From positions 1 to 10,239 of the forward strand of contig JBGSNL010000046.1 in NCBI GenBank assembly GCA_041739675.1: a stretch of DNA of 10,239 nt, given 5' to 3'. This document shows positions 6,848 through 10,239 of this stretch, one piece after another (positions within the stretch are counted from its first letter, which is position 1; the number at the start of each line of letters is the position of its first letter). This stretch comes from a bacterium (GTDB taxonomy: Bacteria; UBA10199; 2-02-FULL-44-16; DYJF01). The position numbers and the translations under genes were made by a program. The notes under the pieces are model-generated. The model ran no database searches and was not told where the DNA came from. It was given only the letters and a program-made list of their open reading frames with translations.

Positions 6848-6932
6848 TGCCGGAGGAGGGAGTCGAACCCTCACGGGCCGTAAGGCCCGGCAGATTTTGA
6901 GTCTGCTACGTCTGCCATTCCGTCACTCCGGC
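6848..6932 (-). tRNA. trnL: tRNA-Leu(CAA), CCA not encoded
   Basis: Minus strand reads GCCGGAGTGACGGAATGGCAGACGTAGCAGACTCAAAATCTGCCGGGCCTTACGGCCCGTGAGGGTTCGACTCCCTCCTCCGGCA. Anticodon arm GCAGA-CTCAAAA-TCTGC; long variable arm. Confidence 0.96.
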
Positions 6933-6950
6933 AATGGGCAGATGATGATG

Positions 6951-7181
6951 TTATCTCTTGCGGCCCCTGGTCTTTTTCGGCAAGGCTTCTTCAATCTGCG
7001 CCTTGGGACGCACCTTGCCGTCTGCTATTTCGCGAAGTGAGCAGACGACCTCCCTGTTTTTACAATTCACAAGTGCGGATGAACCCTTGAAAATCTGTTT
7101 GGTCCTCTGCGCCGCTATGTGAACCAATGCAAACCGGTTATCCACGTAGTCGAGACAATCTTCAACCGTCACTCTTGCCAT
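6951..7181 (-). CDS. rpoZ: DNA-directed RNA polymerase subunit omega
   Basis: [30 protein letters not shown]...[17 protein letters not shown] upstream. Confidence 0.96.
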   Translation of the reverse strand: MARVTVEDCLDYVDNRFALVHIAAQRTKQIFKGSSALVNCKNREVVCSLREIADGKVRPKAQIEEALPKKTRGRKR

Positions 7182-7247
7182 TCCCAGCCTCCTTCAAGTT
7201 GTTAAACCCTAAGCCTATGCCCTAAACCATGTAGTAAAGTCAAGGGG

Positions 7248-7276
7248 TTGCACCACCTAAGTTATTGTGGTACCTT
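7248..7276 (+). promoter_or_regulatory. Putative sigma70 promoter with extended -10 for the histidine kinase
   Basis: TTGCAC (7248-7253), 17-bp spacer ending TGG, TACCTT (7271-7276). Confidence 0.45.
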
Positions 7277-7284
7277 GCAAGCCT

Positions 7285-9228
7285 ATGGATCGATTGGCAA
7301 AACTGGTGGAGCTTACCCTCCCGGAATACCGCGACCGGCACATATTTACCACCAAACTGAGACTCGCGATCTTCATAGGCTTCTGGATCTTTTACCTTTA
7401 TTTTTTGAGGGATGTTCTTTCACAGACCAAGGTCATAACGGCTATTGTCTGCGCCTCTTTTTTCCTGACCGGTCTTGCCTACTTCAATGTGATGCGCAAC
7501 CGGTGGCTCACGTTTTCGTTCATATTGGAGCTTGTCGCTGACCTTGTGGCGATAACCGCCGTGATTTACCTCACGGGAGGACCCTACAGCTCCTATTTCA
7601 CTATATATATATTTTACTGTTTCGCCGCCGGCATATTCTATAATCATTATCTGGCCGGGCTCGTCGCTTTTTGTTCGGCGCTCTTCTACGGATCTTTTCT
7701 GTTTCTCTGCTGGAAGGGGGTTATCCCGCCCCTGATTTTGGATTACGGCAACCGTCTTCCGGTGCCGGCATATACTCCGCTGACCCACTTTTTCTTCGCT
7801 GCCACCTTTCTGGTGGTGACAATTTATGCCGTGAAGATCGCGAGCTTCTTTTCTCAAAAACGAGAGAGGATGCTGGAGGCAAGGAACAAAGAGCTGACCG
7901 CACTTCACAAGATGAGTTCCACGATCAGGAGCGCGATATCGCTTAAGCAGGTTATAGAGCAGGTGCTTACGACCATACTGGAGGGTTTGGGGTTCGAGGC
8001 GGTGATGCTCCTCTCCTTCGACCGCGAAGAGAAGAAGATACACATACATTCGCCGCGCCAGCATCCGCTTCTGGGAAAAATCGAAGAGGCCATGGGCCGC
8101 CCCCTGTATGAAATTGAACTGCCTATCTCTTTTCTGGAGATACCTGTTTTTCAGTCGATCATGCGCCATCAGATAGTTTTTAGGCGCGATCTTGTCGAGG
8201 CCGCGCAGGGCATGGGTGCTGTGATCAGCCCCGATCAGGCAAGGCACGTTCAGGAGATTTTAGGGATCAAAAGAATTGTCGGGATTCCGCTCATAGCCGA
8301 GCAGGAGGTCTTGGGCGTGATCGTCGGTTTTTCGCGGGAACCTTTTGTCGAGGAGCGTCTCGTGCAGACGCTCGAATCGTTTGCAAATCAGGCGGCGCTT
8401 CTCATCGAGGCCTCCACACTCATCGACCGTTTGAAGAAGACCAACGAGCAGTTGAAAGAGGCGAACCGCGTCAAGTCGGAATTCCTTGCCATCATGAGCC
8501 ATGAGTTGCGCACGCCGCTCACTGCAATCATAGGTTTCTCCGAGCTCATGATGGAGGGTGTGATGGGAGATATGACCGATGAACAAAAGGAAAGCGTGCA
8601 TGAAGTCTTGAACAACGGCGCGGATCTCTTAGAGCTCATCAACGGGCTCTTGGATCTTGCCAAAATAGATTCCGGAAAGATGCGCTTCGAGATACGCGAG
8701 TTCGACGCCGCGGAGATGATCGAGCGCATATGCAGGATGATCGCCTCGCTCATCAAACGGAAGGGGCATCATCTGTCCGTCTCCATTGAACCCGACATGC
8801 CGCCTCTCCCTGGCGACGAAAAGAAAATTCAGCAGGTCATTTTGAATCTTCTGTCGAATGCTATCAAGTTCACGCCGGACGGCGGCGATATAACCGTGGA
8901 AATCCGCCACCTGCCTTCGTGGAAAGACGTTTCAAAGGCGAGCTGGGCCTCGCGCGTAAAATCGGCAAAAGAGCTCTTCGGCGCCGGCGCCTTCGAGATC
9001 AGCGTGAAAGATACGGGCGTGGGCATCCGTCCCGAGCATCTCGAGATGGTCTTCGATATCTTCCAGCAGGTGGATTCATCGATAACAAGGAGCTACGGCG
9101 GGACCGGCCTGGGGCTGGCACTCGCGAAGCAGTACATCGAACAGCACGGCGGCTTGATCTGGGCCGAGAGCGAATATGGTAAAGGGGCCAAATTCTTCGT
9201 TGTTTTGCCCCGTGCCCATAGTGTATAA
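7285..9228 (+). CDS. Membrane sensor histidine kinase (about 6 TM, GAF, HisKA, HATPase)
   Basis: Six hydrophobic segments including a PilS/RegB-like DLVAITAVIYLTGG. GAF-like VGIPLIAEQEVLGVI...FANQAA. H-box MSHELRTPL, N-box NLLSNAIKFT, G1 DTGVGI, G2 GTGLGL. The start is ATG 7285, or alternatively GTG 7267. Confidence 0.93.
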   Translation: MDRLAKLVELTLPEYRDRHIFTTKLRLAIFIGFWIFYLYFLRDVLSQTKVITAIVCASFFLTGLAYFNVMRNRWLTFSFILELVADLVAITAVIYLTGGPYSSYFTIYIFYCFAAGIFYNHYLAGLVAFCSALFYGSFLFLCWKGVIPPLILDYGNRLPVPAYTPLTHFFFAATFLVVTIYAVKIASFFSQKRERMLEARNKELTALHKMSSTIRSAISLKQVIEQVLTTILEGLGFEAVMLLSFDREEKKIHIHSPRQHPLLGKIEEAMGRPLYEIELPISFLEIPVFQSIMRHQIVFRRDLVEAAQGMGAVISPDQARHVQEILGIKRIVGIPLIAEQEVLGVIVGFSREPFVEERLVQTLESFANQAALLIEASTLIDRLKKTNEQLKEANRVKSEFLAIMSHELRTPLTAIIGFSELMMEGVMGDMTDEQKESVHEVLNNGADLLELINGLLDLAKIDSGKMRFEIREFDAAEMIERICRMIASLIKRKGHHLSVSIEPDMPPLPGDEKKIQQVILNLLSNAIKFTPDGGDITVEIRHLPSWKDVSKASWASRVKSAKELFGAGAFEISVKDTGVGIRPEHLEMVFDIFQQVDSSITRSYGGTGLGLALAKQYIEQHGGLIWAESEYGKGAKFFVVLPRAHSV

Positions 9229-9254
9229 TCCGACCACTCTGAGGAGTCGTGTGA

Positions 9255-10199
9255 ATGAGCTCCATTTTCAAGCAGTACTCATGGCTTGTCGATCTGATAG
9301 CCGTTCTTTTTTGCTCGTTTTTTCTGGCAAAGATTACAGGCGTATATTTGGGTAAGACGCTTGAGCTCAAAAGATCCATCGGTGTTTTGAAGACAGTCGA
9401 GACCGGGCCTGAGGAAGTAAAAAGGCCCGACATTTCCGAGTACAAGGTCATTCTGGAGCGGAACATTTTCGATTCGACGGAGATGGCCGCTGCGGAGGCG
9501 GAGGCGGCCGGGGAAGGGCAAGAGGAACTGTCGCCGACGGGCGAGGCAGTGAAAACAAGCCTTGATTTAAAAGTGATAGGCGTGCTGGTCGTCGGTGAGG
9601 GAAGAGACAGCCGTTCGACGTCAACAATCGTAGGCCCAGGAGGAAAGGGCGGGCCCGCCGTTTTCGCCGTCGGAGACGTTGAGAGTTTTGCCCCGAACAC
9701 GAAACTCACGCGTGTGGCGCCCGACAGGATCGAATTTTTGAACGGAGGACGCCTTGAATATGCGGAAGTGGGAGGCGAACAGGGTCCAAGCATCTTTGGG
9801 CCGCCTCCGATAGGCGAAGCGGTTGCGGCCAAAGCCGCCCCCGCCGAGAAGAAAGAAGGGCCCTTGGTCAAAACCGAGGGAGGCGGCAAGTTCACGATCG
9901 ATCAAAAGGAGATCGAGAACGCTCTTTCAAACTTGGACAAGCTGTATACGGACATTCGCGCGGTTCCCAATTTTGAAGGAGGCAAGGTTTCCGGCATGAA
10001 GATACTCTCTGTTAAGGGAGGTTCGCTCTTTTCAAAAATAGGATTGCAGCGCGGCGATATACTGCAGCGGATAAACGGGATCGAGCTTGACGTCAGAAAG
10101 GGTTTTGAGATTTTCAATCAGCTTAAGGATCAAAAGACCCTGACTGTCGATCTGGTCCGCCAGGGATCGCAACAAACATTTGAATATGAAATTCGATAA
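9255..10199 (+). CDS. gspC: Type II secretion system protein C with a C-terminal PDZ domain
   Basis: Single N-terminal TM, ILERNIFDS, HR domain (LKVIGVLV...VGD...IEFLNGGRLEY) and PDZ (RAVPNFEGGKVSGMKILSVKGGSLFSKIGLQRGDIL). GAGGAG SD at 9241-9246. Confidence 0.9.
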   Translation: MSSIFKQYSWLVDLIAVLFCSFFLAKITGVYLGKTLELKRSIGVLKTVETGPEEVKRPDISEYKVILERNIFDSTEMAAAEAEAAGEGQEELSPTGEAVKTSLDLKVIGVLVVGEGRDSRSTSTIVGPGGKGGPAVFAVGDVESFAPNTKLTRVAPDRIEFLNGGRLEYAEVGGEQGPSIFGPPPIGEAVAAKAAPAEKKEGPLVKTEGGGKFTIDQKEIENALSNLDKLYTDIRAVPNFEGGKVSGMKILSVKGGSLFSKIGLQRGDILQRINGIELDVRKGFEIFNQLKDQKTLTVDLVRQGSQQTFEYEIR

Positions 10200-10239
10200 A
10201 GCGATTATTATTGTTTTGGTCCTGCTTTTTGCGCCGTTT
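10186..10239 (+). CDS. 5' end of the next gene, probably the T2SS secretin GspD (runs off the window)
   Basis: ATG at 10186 overlaps the end of gspC and reads MKFDKAIIIVLVLLFAPF, which is signal-peptide-like. The identity is inferred only from the usual gspC-gspD order. Confidence 0.5.
   Translation, partial: MKFDKAIIIVLVLLFAPF

Noticed and set aside
6758..6932. tRNA 3' ends as integration sites for a genomic island
   Set aside because: No integrase and no duplicated tRNA 3' fragment were seen in the window.
7420..9895. Minus-strand ORFs 7420-8247 and 8999-9895
   Set aside because: They are antisense to the well-supported histidine kinase and gspC and carry no motifs.

Overview
Bacterial chromosomal window that looks deltaproteobacterial-like (PDZ-type GspC, short RpoZ, tRNAs without encoded CCA); the taxonomy is an inference. 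From left to right: (i) 1-384, two adjacent, highly structured non-coding palindromic elements. (ii) 395-4809 (minus), a five-gene operon with overlapping start and stop codons: CDP-alcohol phosphotransferase with a degenerate N-terminal nucleotidyltransferase-like domain, HAD phosphatase, IPCT/LicC-like cytidylyltransferase, LPG_synthase_TM flippase-like protein and class II aldolase. (iii) A divergently transcribed radical SAM enzyme with a SPASM/twitch-like C-terminus. Regions ii and iii together are the best candidate for an undescribed pathway making a polyol/sugar-phosphate head-group lipid or solute. (iv) A tiny polyproline lipoprotein and a Thr-rich secreted protein, followed by a bidirectional terminator. 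(v) rpoZ, tRNA-Leu(CAA) and tRNA-Thr(CGT) on the minus strand. (vi) An orphan 6-TM/GAF histidine kinase, then gspC and the start of a probable gspD (type II secretion).
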